DNA of 62,576 nt, counting the filler, from Choristocarpus tenellus KU-1152 (Eukaryota; Protista; Phaeophyceae): NCBI GenBank assembly GCA_964200185.2. It is 10 parts of 10 records of this genome, joined end to end, with 100 filler letters (N's around TTAATTAATTAA, not from the genome) between each part and the next. Parts side by side here need not be neighbours in the genome. Positions count along the whole stretch, not along the records: positions 21,810 to 34,493 come from CAXNAD020001741.1; positions 34,594 to 39,630 come from CAXNAD020012091.1; 8 more parts are not named here. One strand, written 5' to 3'. Of this stretch, positions 25,522 through 38,700 are shown one piece after another; positions within the stretch are counted from its first letter, which is position 1, and the number at the start of each line of letters is the position of its first letter. A program made the position numbers and the translations under genes. The notes under the pieces are model-generated. The model saw nothing but the letters and a program-made list of their open reading frames with translations. It was not told the origin of the DNA and ran no database searches.

Positions 25522-26465
25522 TGTACTCAAATCATAGGAGTACCAGCACTGCAGTTGGTATTGGCAGGGTGGAAAGAAATGGAGATTATCTGCCTTCAGT
25601 GAGCAGGTGGTAGACACTCACATCATAAGGCAAGGGAGGGGGAAGGAGGACTCGGAGGGTCTTTCAAGACAAATCCCTTGAGCTTGGAGATTTTTTAGGG
25701 CGATGCAGAGTGTGACAGTGATGAAACGTCTATCATGTGTCATCAGCATCAAGACAAATGATTACCTACAATGATTTGCTGACCTTGAACCCCTATGAGT
25801 GTGCCCAATGGTATTTGACCCTCAGCACCACTACCATCATTAATCCCAGCCAATTCCCCCTAAAGAGGACGCGCATTTGTTCTGATTTTCTCTTGTAGGT
25901 GGTGCTTACGTTGGCTTAACACTGTACTTCCAAATAGATACTAATCTTCTAGTATGTTCCTGCTGCACCCTGAATGCACAGGGACCAGGTCATAGTCAAA
26001 ATAATTTACCCGCACATCACACTCCTATAGTCAATATATCAACACACAACTGTGTGGGTGAATGAGATAGACGCCTTGCAAATATTTGTGTGTGATGGGG
26101 GGTTTGAGAAGCATTATTGCACAATGCGGTGGGAAAAAAAAAATACCCTTACCATGCAACAAAAAGTAAGTTGGCACTGCAACTGTCCGAAAATATGTAT
26201 GTTTCGACAATGAAGGCAGCTCATCTTAACTATCGTACTAAACTTTGAATGTAATTGTATCAGAAGCTATTGTAGTGCTCAAATGACTTGGTTTGAGAGT
26301 CCCGCAACAGGCACAGTGTCTCAAATATATGATGCAGGAGAAAACCAGAAGATAAAGAGTACGGGGGGCCCAGATTGTTGAACAATATAGTATTAATGCT
26401 CTGTACTCATGAAGAACTGTTAATACCTCAAAGTACCTCTAGCATGCCTAATGAGAACCAGGCGT

Positions 26466-29400
26466 TCATTCTTCAACGACCTTTCCGGTCTTGGGGTTGA
26501 GGTTGGCCGGCCACCAATCAGGGATAATTGGTGAGCAACGTAGGCCATGTTCCTCTACTGGACCCTCCAGGCGATAGTCTAGAGTTTGGCCATTCTCTGG
26601 CGACAGTAACGCCTCCAGCCGTAGCAATGCAAGCCCAACATTGTACACTAGCCAGAAAAAGGGGGTTGTTCAAGGAGAATGGGGGGGGGGGGGGGCAGGA
26701 TTGAGGTCCATGTTAATTTTCTTCTACAGTTATGTAACAGTTTCATGTTATGGAATATTTTAATGAGAATTATGTAATTGTTGCTACCCTCAATGCTTTT
26801 TCCTGATATTGCTCTATGTATAATGAGATTCGCACTCTCCTAGAGCATATTTGGATTGCTTTTGATTTTCTTCTGCTTTTTCGCTTGGGTCTTGAGACTG
26901 TATCTATACAATTGCACTTTTGTTTAATGTTAGATTCCAAGAAATGCTGTTTTAAAATGTGATGTGAATGGTGCATTGCAGTGTTTCCGTGCAAAACAAA
27001 ATGGAACACAATCCAAGGTGCGATCTATTTCAATATTATACAATCAGGCTTCAAGGTGTGTGAGAAACCACTAGGAATGAGCACTCGAAGATCAAACACA
27101 CTTCAAAAGCAACATGCGCACAAACAGGCACCTGGAGAGACAGCTACAAGTGAGCCCATCTTGGCCCTTTGATTAGCATGTTCCACAATTGGTGTCCCAA
27201 CAGGGGGCATCAAGGGCATGTCTTCACCCTTGCTGCAGTTGTCACCAGTCCAGCGAGTTAAGACCCCTTCATCACGCAGAAAGGATTCCATGGCAAGCAC
27301 TGGGCCTGGGGAAAGTCCTTGCTTGTGTTCCTCACCATCTTGAGGCAAGGGGGTCAATATCACCGGCAATAACCTCTTGCGAATAGATCCCTTAAGTTGG
27401 GAGGGGGGGAGGGATAGAAAAAAAACCTTGAAGTAAAAACAAAACAAAACACACACACACACACACATATATATATGTAGCAGCCAAGTAGTTCTTGAAG
27501 ATCCTTTTGAATGAGTGAATTAGAAGGGGGCATATTCCTGGCTACCTGAAGGTTGATTGGAAGAATAACGGTGTATGTGTGACCAGTTGGGGCACTGAGT
27601 AGAGAGTAATAAAAACTGGGGGTGACAAAGTAATGGAACGCATATAGCTTGATCACACTCGCCTCAAGAGTGATACAGATCAGGTGAAAGACTACCGAGA
27701 GTCAGAAGTGTGTACCAAAAATGGTTGCAAGCATGAAGTAAAAGGACCTGCAAAATCAATCTCTTCCTCGTTGTTCCAAGGATAGCATGTTGTATTTCGA
27801 CGCACAAGACTTGTTGGAGCAGTGCGCTCTAAATATTATAGGGCAATGGGGACTGTGGGCAATGGTTGGAATACCATCTTGATGCAGAATCACTCTGATG
27901 TGCCAACAAAGAGAGGAGGAATACATATTTTTCTGAAATCTTGCATAGAGGGCCAGCCTTAGGGTCAACAGAAGATGGGGGAGTAAGCTTGACATCAGTG
28001 TCATTGCTGCCACGCATGCAACACAGGACAAAGAAACTATACCTTGACAGTCATATGAACCATTAGGACAGGGAAAAAAAAGAAAAGACGGGCGGGCAGA
28101 AATTTGTGCTTGGTAGTGAATGCGAGTCACCCACTCCGAATCCTTCAATCAAATAACGAAGTTGCATCATTGTAAGAAACTGTTACAGCCACCTGACAAA
28201 GCTGACAAGTGCAAACTGGAGTTATCTATGACACAGCACCCCATCACTTGGGTCACCAAACCATGACAAGATCATTCATTGCACACAAGACTATCCAAGC
28301 GACAAGAGAGGTATTGTCCAAACCCTGCCACTCCTCCCCTCACCACACATGCTCACACACAACGCACCTTGAAGTGTGTTCTAGCTGTGAGCTCCTGACC
28401 GACATAGCACCCCTTGGTGAAGGACACAGACCCCAGCAACTCTAAATTGGACTCTAGGGGGATGGAGCCTGATAGCTCTAGCCTGCTCAGCAGGGGAGTC
28501 CCAGGAATAACCAAGTGTGACTGGGGCAGAATGTGATATTTATCATGGTCTTAGCTGATAGTCAAGTCAGGTTGACCCAACCAATTTCAACAAGCCTGAT
28601 TTAATTGAGAAAACTGACTGAGAGGGCAACAAAATTATATACTCCAATTAGATGACTGTAGCCACTTTGGACTTCTGAGTACCCTTCACACCCCTGCTAG
28701 TTAACCATTTGCATAAATAATATCTCACCCCTCAGGGACACCAAAGAGTATCCGCAAAGCATTAAAGTGACTCTCCTCAATCACTGCTTCTTCTCCCCTC
28801 AACAGCCAATCCCTACCCCCAATGCCTGTCAGGGTAAAGTTTGAGGTGGTTCTTGAGAATGAGGAGCAAATGTGACATGATTGCAGGACCAGGGGATGAA
28901 GGGGGCGGACGGACAGGCGGGGAGTTGAATCCACTGTGTTGTAGGTGGAAGAAGGGAATTACTTGTTCTGATAGGGAATGAAATCCATATCAAAGAAACA
29001 AAAAAACGCTTCAATGCGCACATCAATCACTAGCAGTGTTGCCAATGGAAAAAGTTGTAGAGATAGGGTTGTGTGGTGATGTCAAGAGACTGTGTAGCAC
29101 CAATCAATCAAGAGCAAGACTAAAGTTGGTAGGTAAGTAGCAGAGAGCATGGGGAGAAAAAATATAGAGAGGGGGGAGGGCGGAGAGGACTGTACTTCCA
29201 GAAAAAGAGGTATGGCGCAGTGAGCTTCTCTGTCCTCTTCCACTAGCAGCAAGGTTTTTGGAGAAAAGAAAATGTTTAAAGGCAAAGACTACACAGGGAT
29301 GGGACTGGGAAAGAAAAGGCACCTCCACAATTGATCTGTATTGACCTCAAATCTTTCATGCTCCAAAAAGAAACAAGACAGAGAGCTGTGGCGATACTCT

Positions 29401-30632
29401 TTAAAGGATTCAAGATGATTCGGGCTAGATATGCTCATGTCCAGCTTGACGTACTTGTGATGGACCTGAAGGATACCCAAGCTGTACAACTTAAAAGAAC
29501 ATGTGATACGTTATAGGGCGCAACGATGAACAGAATCACACTTGCTGGTGGGAAATGAACCCCCTTCTCGCTGCAGAGAACCTCTTCTCCCTCACCTGTG
29601 TCGGCTTTGGGGAGAAGAAGTCGCTGTCCCAACCCTACGAATCGGGGGTCATTGTAAGCAGCTACAGGTTGCCCCTCTTCTCCGTGCTTTAGCACCGGGG
29701 GAAATGTTCCTTTCCTCGGCGCCTCTGTCTCTGTTTTCCTATCGGATGCAGCGCCTGCATTTCCCCAGGGATTGTTCACGCTTGATACGACCACTTCGAA
29801 TTGCGGAGTGACATCCTTGATCTTGGCCTTTGAACGCAATTTGTACAATTCTATGTGATTCTGCAGCTCCGTGGCAATGGATAGCGGGCAATCCAATAGG
29901 TAACCCTGGGCAATGAGAACAATGACGAAATATAGGTGTAAGTTAGGTTGTGTCAGGAGTTGCAAAGCATCACCAACGAGAGATAAGACCAAAGTTTCTT
30001 GAATCGTGACCCCCTTGTATGGGTCGCACCTTTCGCACCAACCTACAATGTTCTCACCGGCTTTCCTTTCATCTCCTGCTTTGGACTCCGTATCACCAGG
30101 GCATCTCCCAGGACTCTTCCCTGCAACCACAAATAGACAGGGACGAATTCAGCAACGCTTGCCCTTTTAATCAGTCTTATTGTCAAATTTCCCCTCCAGC
30201 GTCAACCACTGACGTCCGTTCTTTAGGGACATAGGGACAGACGTAAAACCATCCAGCATTCCCAGATCTTCACCTTCGGTGTGAGGAAGGCTGTAGAGAT
30301 GCACTCCTTCCCAGCACCCTGATCGAGAAGGGCCATGTCATTGGTAATGAGCCCCTGCAGCAAGACCTTCGCATCGGGTCCGCTGTGGGAGAATGCAACG
30401 CACCGCATTATCCTTGTTAGCTGCAATATATATCTTGTCATGCAGCAGTAAGACTTGTTTTCGTGTAGGAGACAAGATCAAAGTCAATAACAACAATTGG
30501 AGGTCGATACCTGATCTCGATCAAACTCCGGTCCACAAGGACTGATGTCACGCTGTACCACCTGGTCCTTCTTGCTGTTGCACCGACATGTCTCATAGCT
30601 TCCATAGCCGTTGTTCTTAGCAGAGCCTTCAT
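26466..30632 (-). CDS. IBA57: IBA57/CAF17 (YgfZ family) mitochondrial Fe-S assembly factor, 8 exons
   Basis: Exons 30632(or 30605)-30511, 30382-30274, 30120-30058, 29905-29596, 28825-28729, 28482-28368, 27390-27132, 26647-26466; [18 protein letters not shown] and signature [13 protein letters not shown]. Confidence 0.93.
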
Positions 30633-30820
30633 GAGCAACGTGAAAGTCAACACAAACCCCAAAAGTGTTGATACTTGTAGTTTGAAGTATGAGAGGGCGC
30701 GAGGGGGAGAGGAATTTAAATAATAAAGAGTAAACTACACCACCATATACTGGAAGGTTAGAACATAGGAGTTGGATCGAGTTATGTCATCATTATAACC
30801 GCTACAATAGATCCACGAGA

Positions 30821-33800
30821 ATGACATATATCCTCTCCGATCCTACCCAGCGGTGGGGGCGACGACAACGGCAGCGATTGGTGCCATTTGTAAGGTTGGC
30901 CTTGTGGGGGTTGGCTGTGGTGTTGCCCCCAACTCTTGCGGAGGTGCGCAGTGTAAGCAAGGTTTACCACTCTGCCTGTCTGGAGCGAGGTCAACGGTAC
31001 TGGGACTACGAGAATTTTCAACTGGCGTCCCTTGAATGGGAGGACGTAGAAAGGTTCGAGGTGACAAGAAGACTAGGCTGTGGGAGGTTCAGTGAGGTGA
31101 GGAAGGTTAGTAGACCCCACAACTTCCGTTGTTAGGACGTATTTTGGCGAAATACGTTGCGTTAGAAGCACAAGAAAATCATGAGATCTAGTTGCTGGAA
31201 AGTCAAGCGTGGAGAGGGTGAGCGAACGTTTTGCTGTCGTCTGTCTCCCGCCTTCACGCCTACAGGTCATATTCGCGACTGTGTCTTGTTGGAAACAGCG
31301 AGAACCATGCCCGACGTGTATTCCGACTCTTCGCACTTATGTGATGTCTGCTTAATGATGAACTTCTCTGTCGTAGCTGCTTCACGGAAGCTTAACATTG
31401 CGCAAGTGTTGAGAGGCGCTAATTACACCCAGGGAATGCATTTCTTAGTTTGATGCATCAATCACTACCAGGTTGTGGAGGCGGTGACCACGGACAATCA
31501 ACGGAGAGTTGTCCTCAAGGTTCTCAAGCCCGTTGGAGCTAGGAAAATCAAGCGCGAGATCCGTGTCCTGCAGGCAAGCTCCCTCCATCATCTCAACGTT
31601 ACAACTCCTTCCTCCCATGTACTGCCCATTCCATCTTTGCTTGTAACCTGGTAGCATGGTTTCCCTCAATGTGCATGGTCACTTGGAGCACTTCTGAGAC
31701 TGTTTCGACCCCTAAGGATTTCTGGGATGAGGATGAGGTAGGAAGAGTAATGTAACTGCCATGATAGTAGTCCGTGAACAGCATGGACATCAATGTGCGT
31801 TGACCAGATTTTTCCACCATCGTTCTGCTTGTAATCAGCTCCTTGATGGTGGAACCAACATTATCAAGCTTGAAGGTGTTTGCCGAGATCCAACTACGGG
31901 GTCCACTACCCTAGTGCTTGAGCACCTGGGGGATGAGGCACAGTGGCTGGGGCATACTCAGGTACCTATGGTCAAGCAAGGCGGAAATGTGCGAGGAGGA
32001 CATGGCCAGGAGCTGAGGCAGCGAGGTGGCATAGAAGAACCGGGGTATGGGCAGGGGGTTGGTGGCAATCGCGGTGGAAAGGCAGAGAGGCGACTATTGA
32101 CAGATTTAGAGATACGTCATTACCTCTACAAGCTTTTACAAGCCCTGGACTACGCCCACTTGAGGGGGTAAGTGATGGGTGTGCTGTGAGATATTTATCT
32201 TTGCATATCTGATGATGCTGACAATGATGCAAGGAGTGCCCGGGAAAAATATGTTCTGGATTATATATTGGTCTATTTTGACTTGGTTTTTTTTGTGTGT
32301 TGCTCTGGTGAAGGGAGGTCTTGTCCTTGTTCCATGTAACATGAAACAACACGAAGGTTGATACTATCACACATGCATACAGGGATGTGGACATGCACAC
32401 ATGATATGAAAGTCTCCTGAGTTGAAGGCCCCAAAGCTAATTCTTCAGAGCATTAGAATGCAGTGTAAGCACTGGCATGGATTTGGCACTACTTAGCTAT
32501 GATGTAGGGTACATTACCCTCATTCTGGCAGTCATAATTTGCGAAAATATTGTAGAACTGTTGTAGGATTTTATTTTATTTTGTTCGAAGTGGTTTGAAA
32601 TTTGCTTCAGTTACCAGACAAACAACACCATGGCTTGTGTATTGCACTATGATTGGGTGTCTCTGTAGATACTTCCTCCATTCCACCCTCATGCCGTGTT
32701 GGGATGAATCAGAAACTTGATGCGAAAGGTTTCATAATGTAATAAGAAATTACAAAACCTCCTAAACCATAGTAGGATTGTCAGTTGGACTCTCGCCCGA
32801 AAGGATGACATGCACTTTCCTCGTGTCTTATCAAGTGTGGCACTAACACAGCACCTGATGTGGGGTCGTGAGCAAACAGCATGCTCCTGGTGGGCTGGTT
32901 TGTCTCTACCCATGCATTCAGTGTACAAGATGCTAGGAGTGTTTACTTCTTCCAGGGGTCTTAATGAAAGGGTTCCACTGCTGCCCTTGTGTGCCTTTTT
33001 CTTAGTCTTGTTTTTACGGAACAGTCCCGATACAGTCCCGATACAAGTCAAATGATGTTGGCTGCCATATGTTGAAAAGTGTCGAGTTTTACAAATCTTG
33101 ACAATGAAGAATAGAGCCTATGGGGGGGTTGTATACTACACTGCGAAAAAGTATTTTCATTGTAGTTTTGATCTCGATCACGCTTTGCCAAATTTTTTAA
33201 TGCAAAATGTGAAAACTAGAACCTCAAAGTGGCTGAGTAGAGAGCCCTTTTCGCACTTGCGTGTATGTTCCTACCTTGTGCAGGTGGTGTCCTCACGCTG
33301 CCATAAGGCGCTGACTGTTGCTTTTTTTTTTTCCTGTTGGATCTGTCTGGCCGCACAAACATAATCAAGTGCCAAAAAAAACAAACCTTATCCGTTACTC
33401 CTCGAGGGTTTTTCAAAGATTGGATAACTATCATTGGTACATCATCGTACGTGAGAAAATGAACCGAGATCGGTCAACTGCACCAGTGTAAACCGTGGTA
33501 CCAAGGAGGTGAGTGAGGTGGTGAGATCCTTGTAAACTACACGAGAAAATAAAAATAAAAATCAGAAGCGATTGTCTGTGATCGTGACAGAGTCCCCCTG
33601 TGTGGCACTACTTCGCTTTGGAGCACCAAGATGATAAAAAAAATACAAAAAATACAAAAAAATATCGACACATAGTGTCAATATTTTTCGTATCTAATCA
33701 CACACCCTTTTCATCTATTTTATTTGTCAGGGCTGCGCCTTTTCCCCAACCCTAACCCTACATACAGTGCTTCGCTAAGCATTGTTTGCCCTTGTTGTAT

Positions 33801-34316
33801 TTCTCCTGGAGAGGCGTCTATTCTCTTGTATGTGTGTATGTATGTATGTGTGTGTGTATGTATGTGTGTGTGTATGTATGTGTACATCAGCTTGTCGGCA
33901 TAGGGGGACAAGCTCGCACCGTGTGTCCCACCATCCCTGCGATACATTTCCCACGGCCATCTTTAAAAGAGTTGAGAACTTGGGCATCCTCTTCTGTCGT
34001 GAGGTCGTCTCACCCTTCACGGTAGAAGAGAAGAGCCTTGTCGTGTATCGACTGTTTCCTACACTAGACAAAAAAAGGTATATATGCCACAGGTACGTTA
34101 TGTACCCTAAACCGTGCCATCCCACCCACCCGTGCGTGTTTGGTTTTTTTCCCTCCTGGTTCATTTTTTGCATCTGCCTGCACCTACACACGCACACGCA
34201 CACACACACACACAGAATCATGCACAGGGACATCAAGCCCCGCAATGTGATCATCAACAGGCGGACTGGGTGCCTGCGTGTTATCGACTGGGGCCTAGGG
34301 GACTTTTATATACCTG
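30821..34316 (+). CDS. Casein kinase II alpha-like kinase with N-terminal signal-like extension (3' part missing)
   Basis: Exons 30821-31096, 31472-31573 (GC donor), 31839-32167, 34216-34316; [29 protein letters not shown]. Confidence 0.9.
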
Positions 34317-35924
34317 GTGAGGCTATTCGCCCGGTCTCGTAATGGTCGCCTTACCCTTCTTGCGGCCTCTTTTGAGGATCACGTATTTTGTACCTGTGTG
34401 TGTGTGTGTGTGTGTGTTGTTCTTAGTGGTGACAGTAGTAGTGCCTTGATGACCTCCTAAACAACATTGTCTTTGCTTTGTCCTGTTTACCGANNNNNNN
34501 NNNNNNNNNNNNNNNNNNNNNNNNNNNNNNNNNNNNNTTAATTAATTAANNNNNNNNNNNNNNNNNNNNNNNNNNNNNNNNNNNNNNNNNNNNTTTTTTT
34601 TTTTTTTTTTTGTTTGTGTTAGTTTGTTTGTGGGTGGGGGGGGGGGGTGTGTGTCTACATCAGGGTGTCCATTTGGACCAAAACCAGGAAAAGTGCACTT
34701 TCATTATCCAACCCAAGTATGGAACCAGATCATCCAAGAATTGTGACATGAAAAAATTGGTCCCAAATGGACAGCCGCAACCCCCCCCCCCCAGATACTT
34801 TGAGCCAGAGAGCAATGAACTAAAGAGTTTTGAAAAGGGTAAGAAGGTAGTTTTTAATGCTAAAGGGTGCAAACTTGCCTTCCTCTCATGTGTCTGTTTG
34901 GTAGAAACAAGTCTGGGGTGAGTCCTTAGAAGGGAAGAGAGTGATACAATTTAGCTAAGCTCAACCATTTGCTTTAGTATGCCTTGCCTTAGGGTATTAG
35001 TATTCAAAGGTTAGGGTTAGGGTTAGGGTTAGGAAGTTGCGCACTAGTTTTGAATCATGACTGAAATTGCAGTACACACAAGGAGCAAGCGATGATTTAC
35101 CCAAGTCCAGCAGTGTTTTCGGGCTTACGAGGTCCAGAGACCATAGCAATGGCTGTAGTGACAAGTGACTGGGAAAGAAAAATGATGAGTCAAACAAAGA
35201 TGAGTCAAACAAAGATGTCCTCGCACCCTCGGAAGGCTTAACTGAATGGATTCCTCACCAGCTGAAGGCTACTAGGGTTAGGGAGATGGAGAAAAAAAGA
35301 GAAAAATTCACAAGATGGTTTGATTTCAGTTAGGAAAAAACGACCATTGCAAAGCCACTGATCACCCCCGCCGTTTTGATGCAAAATGGTTTTTTACTCC
35401 CCAAATGGTTTAATGGGTGGATAAGTTGAAGAAGAGAACGGACTCACACAAAAAGAAGAGAAGACGTATGTCCTTTTTTCGGTTGGTTTGGTAAAATGCT
35501 CATTGCGGAAGGAAGTTGGTGGGTTGTCAGTCCCAAAGGTAGAAGTGATTGCAATGCGCTTGCCCGCTCAGGTCTTAAGGGTTAGGGTGCTGAATGGAGA
35601 TAATGAGCAGAATAGACAAGGAGTGAAGGAGTGGTCTAAGGTAGAAGTCCTGAATGGAGAGAATGAGCAGAATGGACAAGGAGTGGTAATAAAGAAGAGA
35701 GTCAGAAGAGTCAAAGTATCTTAGAGGGGAGAGCCGTGTCCGTTTGGGGGCCAAAATCCAACGTTGTGATTTTGATGTAATTTTGGTTATCGTGTTTGTT
35801 AGGGTTAGGGTTAATATCCTTGTTCCGGCAATACATATGACACCCACTCCAAAAAGTATACATTTTGCCCACTCAAAAATATTTCGGAGTGGGAAACTGT
35901 CTTCAGGAACCCGAGGGAAGTCAA

Positions 35925-36165
35925 GCCCCAACGGACAAGCAGGGTATACCTCGTATACGTATACCCTCTAAGATACTTTCACCCTAACCCTAACCCTAAG
36001 CCCCAAACGGACAAGCAGGGCAAACCTCGTATACGTATACCCTCTAAGATACTTTTGCCCTAACCCTAACCCTAACCCTAAGCCCCAAACGGACAAGCAG
36101 GGCAAAACTCGTATACGTATACCCTCTAAGATACTTTCACCCTAACCCTAACCCTAAGATATTTT
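35925..36165. repeat. Triplicated MITE-B right end interleaved with (CCCTAA)n
   Basis: Three units of cccca(a)acggacaagcaggg..tataccctctaagatacttt, each followed by 2-3 telomeric hexamers. Confidence 0.85.
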
Positions 36166-37774
36166 CGCTCAGAAGGTGGAACAGAGTAAGACCAGTAATC
36201 GATTTAGGGTTAGGGTTAGGGAGTACCAAATAATAGACCATGTCAAATGGTGAATTGTGTTTTGTCCTATTGACACATTCTGTGAGACAGTGAACTCAAT
36301 ATTAGGCGTTGAATTTCTGGTGGAATACACAGAATAAGTCGCAAGTAGGAGTATTCCTGAAGCATTGGGCATTTTAGCCTGTCTGTTCTTCAGCGACCAT
36401 GTTTGGCAGTAAAATCAGCAGTAAAATAGCAGTAACATCAGCAGTAAAATCAGCAATAAAATTAGCTCATCGGTAAGTGTGATCTTAGACATTTCTTCAT
36501 TCCAGATGTGTCTCCTTTTTGTTGTCTTTGCTGTTGAACTACCCTAATGTTGTGGAAAATGTTGGTTTTTTCATTTGTACCCTACAAATGTTTGACTGCT
36601 GCAAAAAATAAGTGATTCAATACCTTTTTTTTTTTGTATCATTAATAGGGCAATATCATGCTGCTTGGTTTAATGTCCATTGGTATCAAAATCATAAGTG
36701 TTGACAGGAGAGTATTTGATGTTTTATTCATGACCGTTGATGTCTACCTCCAGCTGATGCTTGTACTGGACAAGAGTCTACACATGTTAATTGAGGCTAT
36801 ATTACTCACCACACCTTAGTCAAACACATATTTTTTGTTTGAGCTAGCTCCACTATTTTCACTCCCTTGTCTATGGTGTTATTGTAAATAGGTTGGGCCA
36901 AGATATTTAGCCAGTTAATGCATTGAAGGTAATTGAGAATTTGTGACTGTAAGGAGAAGTGTTTTCATTTTTTGCATGCTTTGCCACAGGACATTTGACT
37001 GATTTTTGTGTTTTTTTTTTTTTGATGCATATATATTTTTTGTAACTTAAGTTTGTTCCTCACACGGTGTATTTCTCTTGTGCAAGCATCTTGTGTTGTT
37101 CTTTGAGTTTCCTGCCTAATTCCTGCCTAATTCCTGCCTAATCTTTGCTAAATTATCTCTCGGAAATTTTATATTCGTAAATGTTCTTTGTGTTTGGTAT
37201 GCCAATTTTGGTGAGCTTAATTCTTTTGTACAGTAATTGTTCAATACATGAGATATTTTATCCTTAGTGTCTTCAGCCATCAAATGTGCTATCTGAAGGT
37301 ATGGTTAAGTTTCTTCAGAGGATGCCATGTTTCCTACTTTTTAGTGTATAGTCACTTTTTACTAGTGCCTACATGGAACTCCCACTGTCTGTTCCTGCTG
37401 TACTTACTTGATGTGAGTGGAAGTATCTTAGAGGGTACGAGTTTGTCCTGTTTGTCCATTTGATGCTGGTTTCTCATGGGTTTTTTTAATGACATTTTAT
37501 ACTACTCCAAAATATTTCGGAGCAGGTAAAATTTATACGTTATGAAAAGGGGTCCGGAACAAGGATATTGACACGTACTAACAAACACGAAAATAGCCAA
37601 ACTTACATCAAAATCGCAACATTGGATCTTGATCCCCAAGTAGACGCGGCCCTCTACCCTAACCCTAAGATACTTTTGACTCATATCCCCGTTTTTTTCA
37701 TCAGATTTTTCGAAGGAGGCAGCACAGCGGCTGAGAACATGCAGGGTGTTGAAGTATATGGGTGTTGAAGTATA

Positions 37775-38700
37775 TTGATTTCTCCAAGACCAATTGGGTT
37801 AATCCTCCAGCTTATGTTGTAGGGTTAGGGTTAGGGTAATATTAATGGAGGCGATTATTCGTTATCAAGTTCTACAGACTCAAGGTGTTTCTGTTTGGCG
37901 AGGTTTGTGCAAGCAAGACCAGTCTGGCCAGGAGTATATATGACAGAAGGCAAGCCTGATTTGACTAAACCAGATGATCGCACTTGGGGGGTGGAAACAC
38001 ATTCCTGGAAGCCCAAACCTGATGAGCTGCTAGAGTTGGTGTTGTGATACTTTGGTGCACACAAGGAGTAATACTCGATGTGTCCTTTCTTCCTCCCTCA
38101 GGGTGCTTTGCACCTTCTTGTAGTTGACCTCTACAAGTTTTCCCATGGAAAATCAGACAGAGGCAATCTTTTCTACAGCTGGCTTGATGTATTGCTATAC
38201 AGGTACTGGTTGCCTGGTTGCTCTGTTCTTGTTGTTGGGACACATATCGACCTTATTGCAGGTGATGATGAGGTCAAGGATGCAGTGCATGAGCTTCATG
38301 ATTTGATTGACAAATACTTGAAAACCAAGCATGATGAGATGGATAGGGTTTTTTCTAAGCACCAGCAGGAGTTGGATGTGGGCAAAATGGGGAAGATTCA
38401 ACCACCTGTAGCTCTTCACTTCTTTGGTGTGATGGCTGTCTCCTGTTGGTCAGGAGGAGACAAGATGGATGCTTGAGAGAAGATTGTGGAGCTTGTGATG
38501 CATCAAGGACTTGGCTCAGAAAAAAATCACTTTGATGCATCTGTTGTGATGGTTACCCTACGTGATGGATTAGACCCCTATATGGTAGCAAGCAAACTGG
38601 GTGAGGTGTCCCAAGTCAAGGGTTAGGGTGAAAGATTGCCTTTTTTTCGTTGGGAGGATGGTGTGAGGATATGGACTGCTGAAAGAGGAAAATGTAAAAA
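37775..38700 (+). pseudogene. ROCO-family (Roc GTPase-COR) pseudogene
   Basis: NWVNPP..MEAIIRY; G1 LKVFLFGEVCASKTSL; G2 RTWGVE; G3 degraded to *YFGAHKE*YS; GALHLLVVDL; G4 VLVVGTHID; stops and a frameshift. Confidence 0.8.

Noticed and set aside
34997-35035. TTAGGG arrays as a true chromosome end
   Set aside because: Only 2-4 units, internal to the contig and present in both orientations
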